NCBI GenBank assembly: GCA_965198875.1
Contig: CBDAPU010000001.1
Location: forward strand, 131,146-195,145
Origin: Gammaproteobacteria bacterium
Lineage (GTDB): Bacteria > Pseudomonadota > Gammaproteobacteria > Eutrophobiales > Eutrophobiaceae
DNA: 64,000 nucleotides
Direction: 5' to 3'
In this document: piece by piece, positions 38,587-51,157 of the stretch
Layout of the letters: each line of letters starts with the position of its first letter
Position numbering within the stretch: the first letter of the stretch is position 1
The notes under the pieces: model-generated
Told to the model about the DNA's origin: nothing
Database searches by the model: none
The model's input: only the letters and a program-made list of their open reading frames with translations
Position numbers and translations under genes: made by a program

Positions 38587-39801
38587 TTGAGTTTGACCTC
38601 AGCAACAGGTGAGACGGTTTACTCCAGGCGGAGTTATCTGGTGCAGTCAGCGGCCCATGCCCAGTCAATAGCCGCCGCCGTTATCAGCACGTGGGACATG
38701 GAAGAGCCTGTGCTCTATGGTTTGCCGGAAGTAGATGATCGCTACCATGTCTGGCGTGTGCCGTTGCTCGCCACCTGCTCTGAAAACCGAATTGGTGAGC
38801 TTGTCATTGACGCAAGAACGGGAGTTCTGGATAGCAAAAAATCGACAAAAGTCACTGCCGTATCCGCCCGACAGGGGCGTGAAAATGACTCTGAACCTGC
38901 CGATGTCAGCGGGGCGGGTAAACATGTCCGCAGGCATGTCAGGAAACCGGAGCTCAGAAACACCATCCTGTCCGGCGCCAGTGAGCAGACACTGGCAATC
39001 TTGCCTTCCGAGTCTGTTCAACTGATGTTTACTTCCCCGCCCTACTTCAATGCCAGACCGGATTATGCTGATTATCTCGCCTATGAGGATTATCTTGGCG
39101 GCCTTCAGAAGGTGATACATCAGGTACATCGGGTGCTGGAAGAAGGACGGTTTGCAGTCATGAATTGCTCTCCCGTTTTAGTACGTCGTGCCAGAAGATC
39201 GGAGGCGTCAAGAAGAATTGCCGTTCCTTTCGATATCCATCAAATTTTTATTAAGGAGGGGTTTGATTTTATTGACGATATTATCTGGGAGAAGCCGGAA
39301 GGCGCCGGCTGGGCGACCGGCAGGGGCAGGCGTTTTGCCGCTGATAGGAATCCTCTACAGTACAAGGCCGTTCCGGTGACTGAGTATGTGCTGGTATACC
39401 GTAAGAAATCGGCGAAGCTCATCGATTGGCACATAAGAAATCATCACTCCCAGGAATTGGTTAAAAAATCAAAGATTGCCGATGGCTATGAAAAAACGAA
39501 TATATGGAAAATCAAACCGGCACATTGCAAAGAGCATCCGGCGATCTTTCCACTCGAGTTGGCGGAGAAAGTGATTCGCTACTATTCCTTCGAGGGCGAT
39601 GTGGTCATGGACCCATACGCCGGCATAGGCACTGTTGGTGCGGCGGCGATCAAGCTGCATCGTCGCTTCGTATTAAGCGAGGTGAATCCAGAGTATATCG
39701 AGCACATACGATTGAATGTGAACGCATGGCTTGGGAAGGACGCTGAGAATGTGTACTGTGTGAATTGTGCGCCTGTCCAAACAGACGAGGCTTTGTTGTG
39801 A
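38587..39801 (+). CDS. DNA methyltransferase, beta-class N4-cytosine/N6-adenine type (PF01555-like), with ~130-aa N-terminal extension
   Basis: 404 aa. Motif IV SPPY (FTSPPYFNA) precedes motif I (DPYAGIGTVGAAA) near the C-terminus, the circularly permuted order of beta-class MTases. The first ~130 aa have no obvious motif. Confidence 0.75.
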   Translation: MSLTSATGETVYSRRSYLVQSAAHAQSIAAAVISTWDMEEPVLYGLPEVDDRYHVWRVPLLATCSENRIGELVIDARTGVLDSKKSTKVTAVSARQGRENDSEPADVSGAGKHVRRHVRKPELRNTILSGASEQTLAILPSESVQLMFTSPPYFNARPDYADYLAYEDYLGGLQKVIHQVHRVLEEGRFAVMNCSPVLVRRARRSEASRRIAVPFDIHQIFIKEGFDFIDDIIWEKPEGAGWATGRGRRFAADRNPLQYKAVPVTEYVLVYRKKSAKLIDWHIRNHHSQELVKKSKIADGYEKTNIWKIKPAHCKEHPAIFPLELAEKVIRYYSFEGDVVMDPYAGIGTVGAAAIKLHRRFVLSEVNPEYIEHIRLNVNAWLGKDAENVYCVNCAPVQTDEALL

Positions 39802-39819
39802 ACAACAAAAAGGAGAGCC

Positions 39820-40901
39820 ATGCTAAAAAACTAATCGATTGTATTCCGAAACAATGCCTTGATTTCATCAAGGTTTCCGGGCGTGAGTTACTTGCGCGCC
39901 TGGGGCACGATGAAATGCGAGCGATCGTTGCCGGGATCCTCTGTGGAGAGAACGTCAGGGCGGCGACAGAGCCATTAACACGACGCAGAATCGCCATCTT
40001 AAATGCGGCTATTGCATTAACACTGGCGAGAGCGGCCCAATTCATGAGCCCGGAAGAACTTCTGGATGCGGCCCACAAGGAGTTTATTGAAGTGGGAAAA
40101 CATGATCCAGAACGCACAGTGCTAATGTGGATTTTAGGGCTAACGAACAAGCAGATCCAGAATGTACTCCGTACAGATGAAAATGCCTGGCTGGAGTTCA
40201 TAACCCTCGCCAAACAAACCGGGCGCGATTTTTTACAATACTCATCGCAAGAGTTTGGGGATTTGCAGTGGACAATAAAAATCGATGACGTCTGTGCTGA
40301 ATGGGACTGGCTCTGGGCTCACTCATTGATGATCAGCATTGGCGCCCAAACCCTTGCGACCCGAGGTGCGGAAAAATCAATGTATGGAAAGTTTTTTGAG
40401 AAAATGATCCTGGGTTCCGTATTGGAGATTCTTGGGTTTGAGTTAGACGCCGGGCGATCAGGAAAAGCAATGTCGTATTGGCTTAGTGAGAGAGGCGAGC
40501 GCAGAGAGAGTGATGCAACAGCAATTGTGTCAGGGGGTTATGGCGTGCGCTTTGATATCGGTTTTATCGGGCCGGGAAATACTGAAATCAGCCTTGATAA
40601 AGTATCCAGGTTCGCACGAGTGGATGAGATTGCAGGTCGTGAGTATGAGATGGCGACCATCATTATTGTTGATCGGATCGGCGAGGGCAGTCGAATAACC
40701 GAGCTTGCCGCAGAAATAGATGGCACCATCTTGCAGATGAGCTCTTCTCTATGGGCGAAGGATCTGGACGGTTTATTAAGTGAGCGCTTTGCAGCGTATA
40801 GCAGGGTGTTTGACCATCAGGCGCAAGCAAAAGAGATAAGAGAAACCGTTTTTTCCCGCCTCAGTGAGACGGATCTGGAAAAACTTTTCAGTGAAGCCTG
40901 A
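39820..40901 (+). CDS. hypothetical protein; candidate cognate restriction endonuclease of the adjacent methyltransferase (by position only)
   Basis: The ATG at 39820 (MLKKLIDCIPKQ) is preceded by AAGGAGAG and lies 18 nt after the MTase stop, same strand. ~360 aa with no recognised family motif. The assignment is purely contextual. Confidence 0.35.
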
Positions 40902-41081
40902 TCTTCATTCAGCTCTGAGCAGGCATGAAAACCCGTGTCTTCAAAAATATCCCCCTAAGCAAACCCAAACCTCGCCTTGTCCGTATGAGCCCCAACGATG
41001 ATCTCAAACGCTGACGGGGATTGCCATATGCCATGCAAACAACACCCATTCTTTCATTGCAATAATGCTTTAGATGAAAAT

Positions 41082-42206
41082 TTACGATGGCGCGATCCGA
41101 TATAACTTGCCAGCTCTCTCATCGGTGAGAAAATAAAGATAACCATCGGGGCCCTGCTTTACATCGCGGATCCGTCCAAACTCTCCATTAAACAGTCGCT
41201 CTTCATGCGTGACTCTCTCGCCATTTAGCCTTAACCGGACAAGCTGGCCGAACTTGAGCGAGCCGACAAACACATCCCCCTGCCATTTTGGAAAAGGTCT
41301 GCCGGTGTAGAACGTCATGCCCGATGGTGCGATTGAGGGCGTCCATTTATGCACGGGTTGTTCCATTCCCGCCCTGGCTGTGCCCTCTCCTATTTTCGTT
41401 CCAATGCCGTAGTTCACGCCATAAGTGATCACAGGCCAGCCATAATTAGCCCCCGCCCGCATCACATTCACCTCATCGCCCCCCTGCGGGCCATGTTCAT
41501 GGGTCCAGATCACATGCGTCATCGGGTGCATCGCCATGCCTTGCATGTTGCGATTGCCATAGGTGTAAATTTCAGGCTTCGCACCTGGCTTAGTCACGAA
41601 GGGGTTATCTGCGGGCACTGAGCCATCGGCATTAAGGCGGATCAAGGCGCCGATATGATTGCCTAACTCCTGGGCCGCCCCCCGTTGCCCCCGGTCGCCT
41701 AACGAGATAAACAAGGCGCCGTCTTTGCCGAAGACGAGGCGCGCACCAAAATGACGTCCACCACCGACCTTTGGCGCCGATGCAAAAATCTCCTCTATCT
41801 CGGTCAATGCGTGGTTATGCAGTTTTCCTCTTATCACATCGGTGCCCCATCCGCTCACACCTTGATTTGCGTAGGCCAGATACACCCAGCGGTTTTCCTT
41901 AAATTGAGGATGAATAGCGAGCCCCATTAACCCGCCCTGGCCTTTGATCTTCATCCTCGGCAGGCCCGTGATGGGCTTCGGGTGTAGCTTGCCTTGTGCC
42001 AGCAGTCGCAGTCGCCCCTGTTTTTCAGTGATTAAAACGGCGCCGTCCGGTAGAAAAGCCATCCCCCATGGCTGGCGTAGTTTTTCCGTGACCTTATCCA
42101 CCACAAACGCATGTTCCTCGGACTGGAACACCCGGGCAGAGGCCAGTGGTGCGAAAAACATAACGGATAAACAGATAATGATGAGTGATTTCATATTTTT
42201 TATCAA
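41082..42206 (-). CDS. yliI: PQQ-dependent soluble aldose sugar dehydrogenase (YliI/GSDH family)
   Basis: 374 aa. Signal peptide, beta-propeller signature (PWGMAFLPDG..LITEKQGRLRLL; GGRHFGARLVFGKDGALFISLGDRG). Confidence 0.8.
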   Translation of the reverse strand: MIKNMKSLIIICLSVMFFAPLASARVFQSEEHAFVVDKVTEKLRQPWGMAFLPDGAVLITEKQGRLRLLAQGKLHPKPITGLPRMKIKGQGGLMGLAIHPQFKENRWVYLAYANQGVSGWGTDVIRGKLHNHALTEIEEIFASAPKVGGGRHFGARLVFGKDGALFISLGDRGQRGAAQELGNHIGALIRLNADGSVPADNPFVTKPGAKPEIYTYGNRNMQGMAMHPMTHVIWTHEHGPQGGDEVNVMRAGANYGWPVITYGVNYGIGTKIGEGTARAGMEQPVHKWTPSIAPSGMTFYTGRPFPKWQGDVFVGSLKFGQLVRLRLNGERVTHEERLFNGEFGRIRDVKQGPDGYLYFLTDERAGKLYRIAPS

Positions 42207-42516
42207 AGAGAGAAGTTAGCGCATAGCCCGCATACAGGGCGCCCAGTCCCCTCTGCATGATTCACCGTATGTTCATTGAGTTGTCATAACCTGATCATGT
42301 TCTACAGGGATGCTTTAACGACCCTGAACACTGCGATGCACACATGGGCACGGCACAACTGATAGAGCATTATAGGCAGGTATTGATGGCACACAAGCCC
42401 TATGCCCGGGACGCTGACCTTGCCGTAACTGAGTGGGAGTTACGGGAAATACTCGAGTTAATCAATGCAGGCGCTGAGACCGCTTTATGCCCGGACGCCT
42501 TGATCTAGCACCGCGC

Positions 42517-44409
<1,893 letters not shown>

Positions 44410-44644
44410 CTATCCTCAAGTTAAACGCCCTCGCAACTCACGACCAGGCCGAAAGAGAAGTATCGCCCGTGTCCAACAAGCCCGTTACATCCCCGCCGCT
44501 CACCCCGGCGAGGCGAGAGGCGGGAGATGATCGCCCCCCACCTCTCTTGCCGGCGAATTAACTCGCAGTTAAATTTTGCAACGCCACCTTCATCACAACA
44601 GCGCACCAGGTAAGCCGTAGTCTAATGGCTTCCGCCCGTCTCGC

Positions 44645-47314
44645 TCAAAACGTGTACTGACCTCTTGCATAATAGTAGCCGCCATTCAGCCCGAATGGAG
44701 ATGATTCGGGAAACTTCGCCCCCGAAGCACTGCTGGCGTGGGGGTTGGGATGCGGCTCGTTGTTGAACAGATTCTCAGCGCCGACACTCAGGGCAAACTG
44801 CTCAGTGAAGCGGTAAGTGAGCTCGGCGTCCACGGTCACCTCGGCGCCGGCGTCAATGGGCAGGCCACAGCTATCGTTATGGGCCTCAAAATAACTGCCA
44901 TGATAATTGATCCGCCCCAGCAGGCTGAGCTTGTCGGTATCATGGGTGAGGGTGGCGTTGAAGCGGGACCGGGGCAAGGCGTCCTGCAACTGGCGAATAC
45001 GACAGTCATCCAGTGTTTCAGGATTAAAGTCGATCACTTTGGTGCGGGTATAATTACCGACAACCGACAGCAGGGTGGCGCCCGTATCGGTCAGCTCAAG
45101 GGGCAGGCTGGCGACCACATCCAGGCCCTGGGTGCGGGTGTCAAAATCATTCACGTAAAAGCGAAACTCCTGCAGATCAGCGGCCAGGGCGACTCTGTCC
45201 ACCAGCGCCGTCCGATCTGCCTCGGAAAGTGTGTCAAGTTCAACATTCGCCGATTGGGTGATGCGATCGGTGACCTTGATGTTGAAATAATCCACCGTCA
45301 GCAACACCGGGCCGAGGTCGGCGGCCATGCCGATGGTGAAGGTATCGGACTCCTCCGGCCCCAGCGGCTCGCCGCCAAACTCCATCGCCACCGGATTGGT
45401 CGGCGGGATGGTGCCGCGGTTGCTGAGGCCGGTGCTACCGTCAGGCAATGTCCTGAAGGCCGTGGTCACATTGACGACATTCTGCTGGCCCGGGGTGGGC
45501 GCGCGGAAACCGGAGCCGACCGAGCCGCGCAGGCGCAGGACATCGGTAATTTTATAGCGGGAGGTCAGCTTGAAATTGGTGGTGGTGCCAAAGTCGGAGA
45601 AGTCCTCCCAGCGCAGGGCCGCGCCCAGGGCCCAGTCGGCGGTGATGTCGGCTTCAAGGTCCACATACAGGGCGATGTTGCTGCGATCCCAGCGACCGGC
45701 CACCTCCTCTTGGCTGAAGCCGTTGAAGCCGTTGGCGCCGACACCGAAACCCTGGGACACACTGGTGTCATCGATGCCATCACCATCGGTGTCTATATCA
45801 ATGAGCTCGGCAAGTATGTTGGCTTGGTAGGACTCTTCCTGACCCGCAGTGGCCTCGAACTGCTCTTCGCGCCATTCGAAACCAAAGGCGACATTCAGCG
45901 GCGAGTGAAGGCCGACCTCAAAGGGCCAGGAGAAGTCCGCATTCACATTCGTCTCGGTCTGTATGTAGCTGCCGAGTTCAAAGGTGGTCGGCGTCTCCGG
46001 CCCCAGGCTGGCGTTGATGGTGTTGCTGATGAAAAAATCGGCCTCGTTGCGCCCGGCATGGAAGCTGAGGTCAAAATCCAGCCCCCCCCCCCAGGCCAGC
46101 GTGCCGCGATAGCCGATGGCGCCGGCGATATCTTCAAGGTCGCCGCCAAACTGCGGGGTAAAACCGCCGGGGAAGCGTTCGTTAAAAATAAAGCAGTTAT
46201 CATCGGCATTGATCAGGGCCACCTGCGCCGCCTCCTGCATGGAGCCGATCATGATCGGATCAACGATCTGGCCGGTGGTGGCCTCGCCCGGGTTGAAGTT
46301 GATCCCGCCCGGACAGGTCATGCCGTCCTCGGGGGTCAGATCGCCCACCAGGCGGGTCACACCGTTGTCATTGGAGAAAACCCCGGAGCGGGTGTTCGGG
46401 TTGCGAAAATAAAAGCCGCCTGTCGTCATGCGCTGGGCATAGTTGGCGAAGGCATAGAGCTCCGTGTCCTCACTGAGATCAAAACCCATGTTGACGACAG
46501 TCTTTATATCGTCTTTGACCTCGGGCGCACCCCAGATCTGGGCGAAGGGCTGGCGCACGTCCGTGTTGCCATCTTCAATTAACTGGCGGGCATCATCGCG
46601 TTGCACGCTGCGATTGGTCGGATCGGCCTGTCGCCATTCGGCGGTGGCGTTGATAAAGCCTTTATCCGACAGCGGCAGGCCGATGTTGCCGGCCACCTGC
46701 ACCTGCTCGCCATCGCCCTCATAAGTGGAGCCGTATTTGACCTCAAGGCTGCCGCCTTCGGCGTCATCCTTGAGCACGAAATTCATCACTCCGGCAATGG
46801 CGTCCGCACCATACTGGGCGGCGGCTCCGTCTCTGAGCACTTCGACCTGCTTGAGCGCCAGGGCGGGAATAATGGCGACATCCGGGCCCTGGGAGCCATC
46901 GGAGACGCCATTACCCAGGAAGGAGATCACCGCCGCCCGGTGGCGACGCTTGCCGTTCAACAACACCAGGGTCTGATCCGGGGCGAGACCGCGCAGGTTG
47001 GCCGGGCGCACCAGGGTCGCCGCATCGCTGATCGGCTGTGAGCTCACATTGTAGGAAGGCACAACGGTCCGTAGCAGGTTGGAGAGATCGCCGCCCGCCT
47101 GGCGGGAGAAGTCCTCGCCGGCGATAATGTCCACCGGGGCCAGGGTATCGGCGGCGGTGCCGACAGCACGACGGGAGCCGGTGATGACGATCTCCTCAAT
47201 GGCCGTAGCCGATGAGGCGCTGGATGGCGCATTCTGGGCCTGAGCGGTTGTCATGATATGCGCCAGAAGCAAAAAGCAGGCGACGGGCAGAGAGAGTGAT
47301 TTTGTGTACGGCAT
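44645..47314 (-). CDS. TonB-dependent outer membrane receptor
   Basis: The ORF extends to 47416. The preferred start is the ATG at 47314 (MPYTKSLSLPVACFLLLAHIMTTAQA, signal peptide, GAGGA 9 nt upstream). Plug (IVITGSRRA) and a large barrel follow. Contains a G11 tract (plus-strand C11 at 46082-46092) encoding WGGG. Confidence 0.8.
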   Translation of the reverse strand: MPYTKSLSLPVACFLLLAHIMTTAQAQNAPSSASSATAIEEIVITGSRRAVGTAADTLAPVDIIAGEDFSRQAGGDLSNLLRTVVPSYNVSSQPISDAATLVRPANLRGLAPDQTLVLLNGKRRHRAAVISFLGNGVSDGSQGPDVAIIPALALKQVEVLRDGAAAQYGADAIAGVMNFVLKDDAEGGSLEVKYGSTYEGDGEQVQVAGNIGLPLSDKGFINATAEWRQADPTNRSVQRDDARQLIEDGNTDVRQPFAQIWGAPEVKDDIKTVVNMGFDLSEDTELYAFANYAQRMTTGGFYFRNPNTRSGVFSNDNGVTRLVGDLTPEDGMTCPGGINFNPGEATTGQIVDPIMIGSMQEAAQVALINADDNCFIFNERFPGGFTPQFGGDLEDIAGAIGYRGTLAWGGGLDFDLSFHAGRNEADFFISNTINASLGPETPTTFELGSYIQTETNVNADFSWPFEVGLHSPLNVAFGFEWREEQFEATAGQEESYQANILAELIDIDTDGDGIDDTSVSQGFGVGANGFNGFSQEEVAGRWDRSNIALYVDLEADITADWALGAALRWEDFSDFGTTTNFKLTSRYKITDVLRLRGSVGSGFRAPTPGQQNVVNVTTAFRTLPDGSTGLSNRGTIPPTNPVAMEFGGEPLGPEESDTFTIGMAADLGPVLLTVDYFNIKVTDRITQSANVELDTLSEADRTALVDRVALAADLQEFRFYVNDFDTRTQGLDVVASLPLELTDTGATLLSVVGNYTRTKVIDFNPETLDDCRIRQLQDALPRSRFNATLTHDTDKLSLLGRINYHGSYFEAHNDSCGLPIDAGAEVTVDAELTYRFTEQFALSVGAENLFNNEPHPNPHASSASGAKFPESSPFGLNGGYYYARGQYTF
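46082..46092 (-). repeat. homopolymeric G11 tract (C11 on plus strand) inside the TonB-dependent receptor coding sequence
   Basis: Directly counted, 11 consecutive C on the plus strand. In frame, encoding W-G-G-G. Confidence 0.85.
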
Positions 47315-48002
47315 GGTATTTTTCCTCATGGACATGGTGTTTTCCCCATAGTTAAGCGATTGGAACCAGGGGCAATATAGATGCAATCCGTGATTTTTGC
47401 AAAGGTTTTGTATCATTTTATCACCTGTTGTTGTAATAACACTAATAATGAGGTTGTACGGGGCGCCTGTTGTTATCCATCGTGAGCGCTTCGGTAGTGG
47501 TCTTTAACCTGCCGAAAAGCTGGGTGTGGAGGGTGGAGTGGTTTTTTTGCGTCTTTAATATGCGCCGATCTGTTGTCGGGCTTGTGATCTCAAAGAAACA
47601 ACCTTGCTACTGCGAGGATGGCCAGTGTTGCCCCGGATGCGATGATGGGCGGATACCATTATGTTTTCCGTGTTGATGTTGTTTGTCTCTGCACGCATCT
47701 TCTCAATCTCGGTAAAAATCCTGGCGATTTCAGCTTCGAATCTTAATCGTGTGTTAATGCTTCCATTTTCATGTTGTTTTCCTCATCTTAAGAGAGGCGC
47801 CTGATCTGTTTCAAGGTTCCAAGCCGTTCATGGATGATAGTTTATGGATGATAATAGGCGAGTTTTGCATTGTCTTCATTTTTCGCTTTTTCCATCCATT
47901 GTCATGGGGTAGAGCCCGGTTGCGGGGTCTTTTTATGTTGATGGAAATGTAATCGCCCAGGGTTGCTGGTAGGATCACACCGATATTATTTGGAGAGCCT
48001 CT

Positions 48003-48251
48003 GTGCCTGGAAAGAAAACCCGGTTTAATTTCGAGAAAACACTGGCCGAGCTGGAAGAGCTGGTCGGGAAGATGGAGCAGGGCGAGTTTAGCCTTGAAGA
48101 GTCATTAAAACAATTTGAGCGGGGTATCGCACTCACGCGGGCCTGTCAGAACGCCTTGACCGAGGCCGAGCAGAAGGTGCGGGTTTTGCTTGAGGGTAAT
48201 GGGTCCGCCGAGCTGGCGCCGTTTACCCATGACGCCGAGAGGGCAGACTGA
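48003..48251 (+). CDS. xseB: exodeoxyribonuclease VII small subunit
   Basis: 82 aa from a GTG start. MPGKKTRFNFEKTLAELEELVGKMEQGEFSLEESLKQFERGIAL aligns with XseB. Immediately followed by ispA, as in many gammaproteobacteria. Confidence 0.85.
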   Translation: MPGKKTRFNFEKTLAELEELVGKMEQGEFSLEESLKQFERGIALTRACQNALTEAEQKVRVLLEGNGSAELAPFTHDAERAD

Positions 48252-48253
48252 TC

Positions 48254-49144
48254 ATGGCCTTTGCTGAACGACTCGCAGACTGCCGGGGGCGGGTGGAGGC
48301 GGCGCTGGAGCATTGGCTACCCGCATCGGATACCGAGCCCGGACATCTTCATGAGGCCATTCGTTATTCCGTCCTCGGTAATGGCAAGCGGATCAGGCCG
48401 CTGCTGGTCTATGCCAGTGGTGAGACGCTACAGGCGCCGATCGCCGCCCTGGATGGGTGTGCCTGTGCGGTGGAAATGCTCCATGCCTACTCTCTTATCC
48501 ATGATGATCTGCCGGCCATGGATGATGATGATTTACGCCGCGGCAGGCCCACTTGTCACCGGGCCTATGATGAGGCGACGGCCATTCTTGCCGGGGATGC
48601 GCTACAGGCCATGGCCTTTCAGGTGTTATCCGAAGACCCGGCGATTGCGGTCGCCGCAGAGCAACGCGTGAAAATGATCAATACGCTGGCCATCGCCAGC
48701 GGCTCCTGCGGGATGGCCGGCGGGCAGGCTATCGATATAAACTCCGTTGGCGAGCGGCTGAGTCTCACGCAATTACAAAGGATGCACAGCTATAAAACCG
48801 GGGCCTTGATTAAGGCCAGTGTGGAGTTGGGCGCTTTATCGTGCGCCACTATCACCGATACGCAATTTGCTCACATCTCACAGTATGCCGAGTGCATCGG
48901 CCTTGCATTTCAGATCCATGATGATGTGCTCGATATTGAAAGCGACACCGAAACCCTGGGAAAGCCCCAAGGCGCCGATCAGGCCATGAATAAACCCACC
49001 TACCCCAATTTGTTAGGGCTGGATGGCGCAAAAAAAGCAGCCCGTGATCTGCTGAGCGAGGCCCTGGATGCACTAGCCGACTTTAATGAAGACGCCGAGC
49101 CGTTACGCTGGATGGCAAAGTACATTGTCGAGAGAAACCGCTAA
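48254..49144 (+). CDS. ispA: farnesyl diphosphate synthase (geranyltranstransferase)
   Basis: 296 aa. First aspartate-rich motif (LIHDDLPAMDDDDLRRGRPT), second DDxxD (FQIHDDVLD). The xseB-ispA arrangement is conserved. Confidence 0.9.
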   Translation: MAFAERLADCRGRVEAALEHWLPASDTEPGHLHEAIRYSVLGNGKRIRPLLVYASGETLQAPIAALDGCACAVEMLHAYSLIHDDLPAMDDDDLRRGRPTCHRAYDEATAILAGDALQAMAFQVLSEDPAIAVAAEQRVKMINTLAIASGSCGMAGGQAIDINSVGERLSLTQLQRMHSYKTGALIKASVELGALSCATITDTQFAHISQYAECIGLAFQIHDDVLDIESDTETLGKPQGADQAMNKPTYPNLLGLDGAKKAARDLLSEALDALADFNEDAEPLRWMAKYIVERNR

Positions 49145-49338
49145 GGCACGCCCGGCATTACCCCGGCCCTGGCAAGGGATCAGGCCAAAGAGCATCGCCT
49201 ATCACTCATCTCGCCTATCGGACAGGTGTATGAATTCGTGATACAACATTATATACTCAAGAATGCGAATTTCAGGGAATGGCTCATTTAGAGCTTAAAT
49301 TAGCGGTTCCTTAGGATAAATTACAGGAAGAGGTGCTC

Positions 49339-50169
49339 ATGAACCATCCAGCAGACATGAAGGCCCGGGACATTCCCGATATTCAGGCCACCCCTGATGA
49401 TCGTCTCATCGCTATTGATAAGGTGGGGATCAAGGATATCCGCTATCCGGTTGTCGTGCGCGACCGCGCAGGCCGGGAGCAACACACCGTCGCCATGTTC
49501 AACATGTATGTGGATCTCCCCCACAGCTTTAAGGGAACGCACATGTCACGCTTCGTGGAGATCCTAAATCGCAACGAATTTGAGATCACCATTGCGCTGT
49601 TCAAGCGCATGCTTGCGGACATGGTTAAGGTGCTGGAAGCGGAGTCGGGGCATATCGAGATGACCTTTCCGTATTTCATCAATAAAAAAGCGCCGGTATC
49701 CGGGGTTGAAAGCCTGATGGACTATGAGGTGTCTTTTATCGGGGAGATCAAGGCGAACAAAACCCAGGTGTCGGTAAAAATCGTTGTGCCGGTCACCTCG
49801 CTTTGCCCCTGTTCAAAGAACATTTCTGATTACGGCGCCCATAATCAACGCTCCCATGTGACCGTGCTGGTGCACACGGAAGACTTCATCTGGATTGAGG
49901 AGCTCATTGATACCGTCGAGCGGGTAGCGTCCTGCGAGCTTTACGGGCTGCTAAAAAGACCGGATGAGAAATACGTCACCGAGCGCGCCTATGATAATCC
50001 CAAATTCGTTGAAGACCTGGTGCGTGAGATCGCCATACAATTCAATCAGGATGAGCGGATCCAAGCCTATACCGTTGAGTCAGAAAACTTCGAATCCATC
50101 CACAACCATTCCGCCTACGCCATGCTGAGCAGGGATAAAAAGGCAAACACGGCGCTGGATAATCCCTGA
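49339..50169 (+). CDS. folE2: GTP cyclohydrolase FolE2 / MptA family (GTP cyclohydrolase I type 2)
   Basis: ~276 aa. Family-typical blocks ([10 protein letters not shown]; GTHMSRF; CPCSK zinc motif; SHVTVLV). ATG 49339 is preferred over 49333 on RBS spacing. Confidence 0.8.
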   Translation: MNHPADMKARDIPDIQATPDDRLIAIDKVGIKDIRYPVVVRDRAGREQHTVAMFNMYVDLPHSFKGTHMSRFVEILNRNEFEITIALFKRMLADMVKVLEAESGHIEMTFPYFINKKAPVSGVESLMDYEVSFIGEIKANKTQVSVKIVVPVTSLCPCSKNISDYGAHNQRSHVTVLVHTEDFIWIEELIDTVERVASCELYGLLKRPDEKYVTERAYDNPKFVEDLVREIAIQFNQDERIQAYTVESENFESIHNHSAYAMLSRDKKANTALDNP

Positions 50170-50255
50170 CCGGCAAAAATCTGTTTCACAGACCCACAGG
50201 CCAGCTTCGGGGTAGCGTGAGCCCCTTAAAGATGAGGCATTAAAACAACCACACA

Positions 50256-51035
50256 TCAGCGTTTCGCCTCTTCCCACAGTACATTCATCTCCTTGAGAGA
50301 CGTCCGCTTGATATCCCGCCCCGTCTCTTTAAGCCTGCTCTCAATATACCTGAACCGCTGTTCAAACTTGCGGTTGGTTTCACGTAAGGCCGCTTCGGGA
50401 TCAACATGCAAATGGCGGGCAAGATTGATAACGGCAAACAGTACATCACCCAGCTCGCCCTGGATCTGTGCCTGTGTGTCGGCATGGTCAAGGGCCTGTT
50501 TGATTTCATTGACTTCCTCTTCAACCCGCGCCAATACCGGGGCCGCATCATCCCAGTCAAACCCCACCGAGGCGGCGCGTTTTTGCAGTTTTACCGCGCG
50601 CAACAGGGCGGGCAATGTCTGGCTTATATCGTCAAGGTAGCTGCTGGCGCGGCTGTTTTTCGCTATCCTCTCCTCGTGTTTGATCCCCTCCCAAATTAGC
50701 TTGAGCTCGGGATCTGAGTTGATTTGCCTGTCTGCAAAAACATGGGGGTGTCTGCGGGTGAGTTTCTCGCAAACTGAGGTTACCACATCGTTAAACTCAA
50801 ACTCCCCGGCTTCCGATGCGATGTGTGAGTAGAAAACAACATGAAACAACAGATCTCCCAGCTCGTCTTTTATATCATCCATGGCATGATGCTCAACTGC
50901 ATCAACTAATTCGTACACCTCCTCTATTGAATAGGACGCCATCGAGGCCATCGTCTGCTTCCTGTCCCACCGACATCCGCATACGGGATCACGTAATGCC
51001 TTCATGATTTCCAGTAATTCGTGCATCGCCTGCAT
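50256..51035 (-). CDS. mazG: nucleoside triphosphate pyrophosphohydrolase MazG
   Basis: 259 aa. Two MazG EExxE/D repeats (SIEEVYELVDAVE…ELGDLLFHVV; VEEEVNEIKQA…ELGDVLFAVINL). The N-terminus CGCRWDRKQT is typical. Confidence 0.85.
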   Translation of the reverse strand: MQAMHELLEIMKALRDPVCGCRWDRKQTMASMASYSIEEVYELVDAVEHHAMDDIKDELGDLLFHVVFYSHIASEAGEFEFNDVVTSVCEKLTRRHPHVFADRQINSDPELKLIWEGIKHEERIAKNSRASSYLDDISQTLPALLRAVKLQKRAASVGFDWDDAAPVLARVEEEVNEIKQALDHADTQAQIQGELGDVLFAVINLARHLHVDPEAALRETNRKFEQRFRYIESRLKETGRDIKRTSLKEMNVLWEEAKR

Positions 51036-51157
51036 ATGACGACCTCATTCAATCAACTTGTAGCAACTTGATTTTCTGCTGATTTTCGAATAAAACGCCA
51101 ACTGATTAAATTAAACTATCCGCTACCAGCGCCTGAACACATTGCCGAGATTAGAGC

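Noticed and set aside
38587-38980. N-terminal 130 aa of the methyltransferase considered as a separate upstream ORF (e.g. a controller C-protein)
   Set aside because: It is a continuous reading frame with no internal stop and no convincing internal RBS/start before the SPPY motif. No helix-turn-helix pattern was recognisable. Kept as one fused protein.
44738-46582. 614-aa plus-strand ORF (and several others) antisense to the TonB-dependent receptor gene
   Set aside because: Gly/Ala/Arg-rich translation typical of antisense reading of GC-rich coding DNA. The minus-strand frame has clear receptor plug/barrel homology and a signal peptide.
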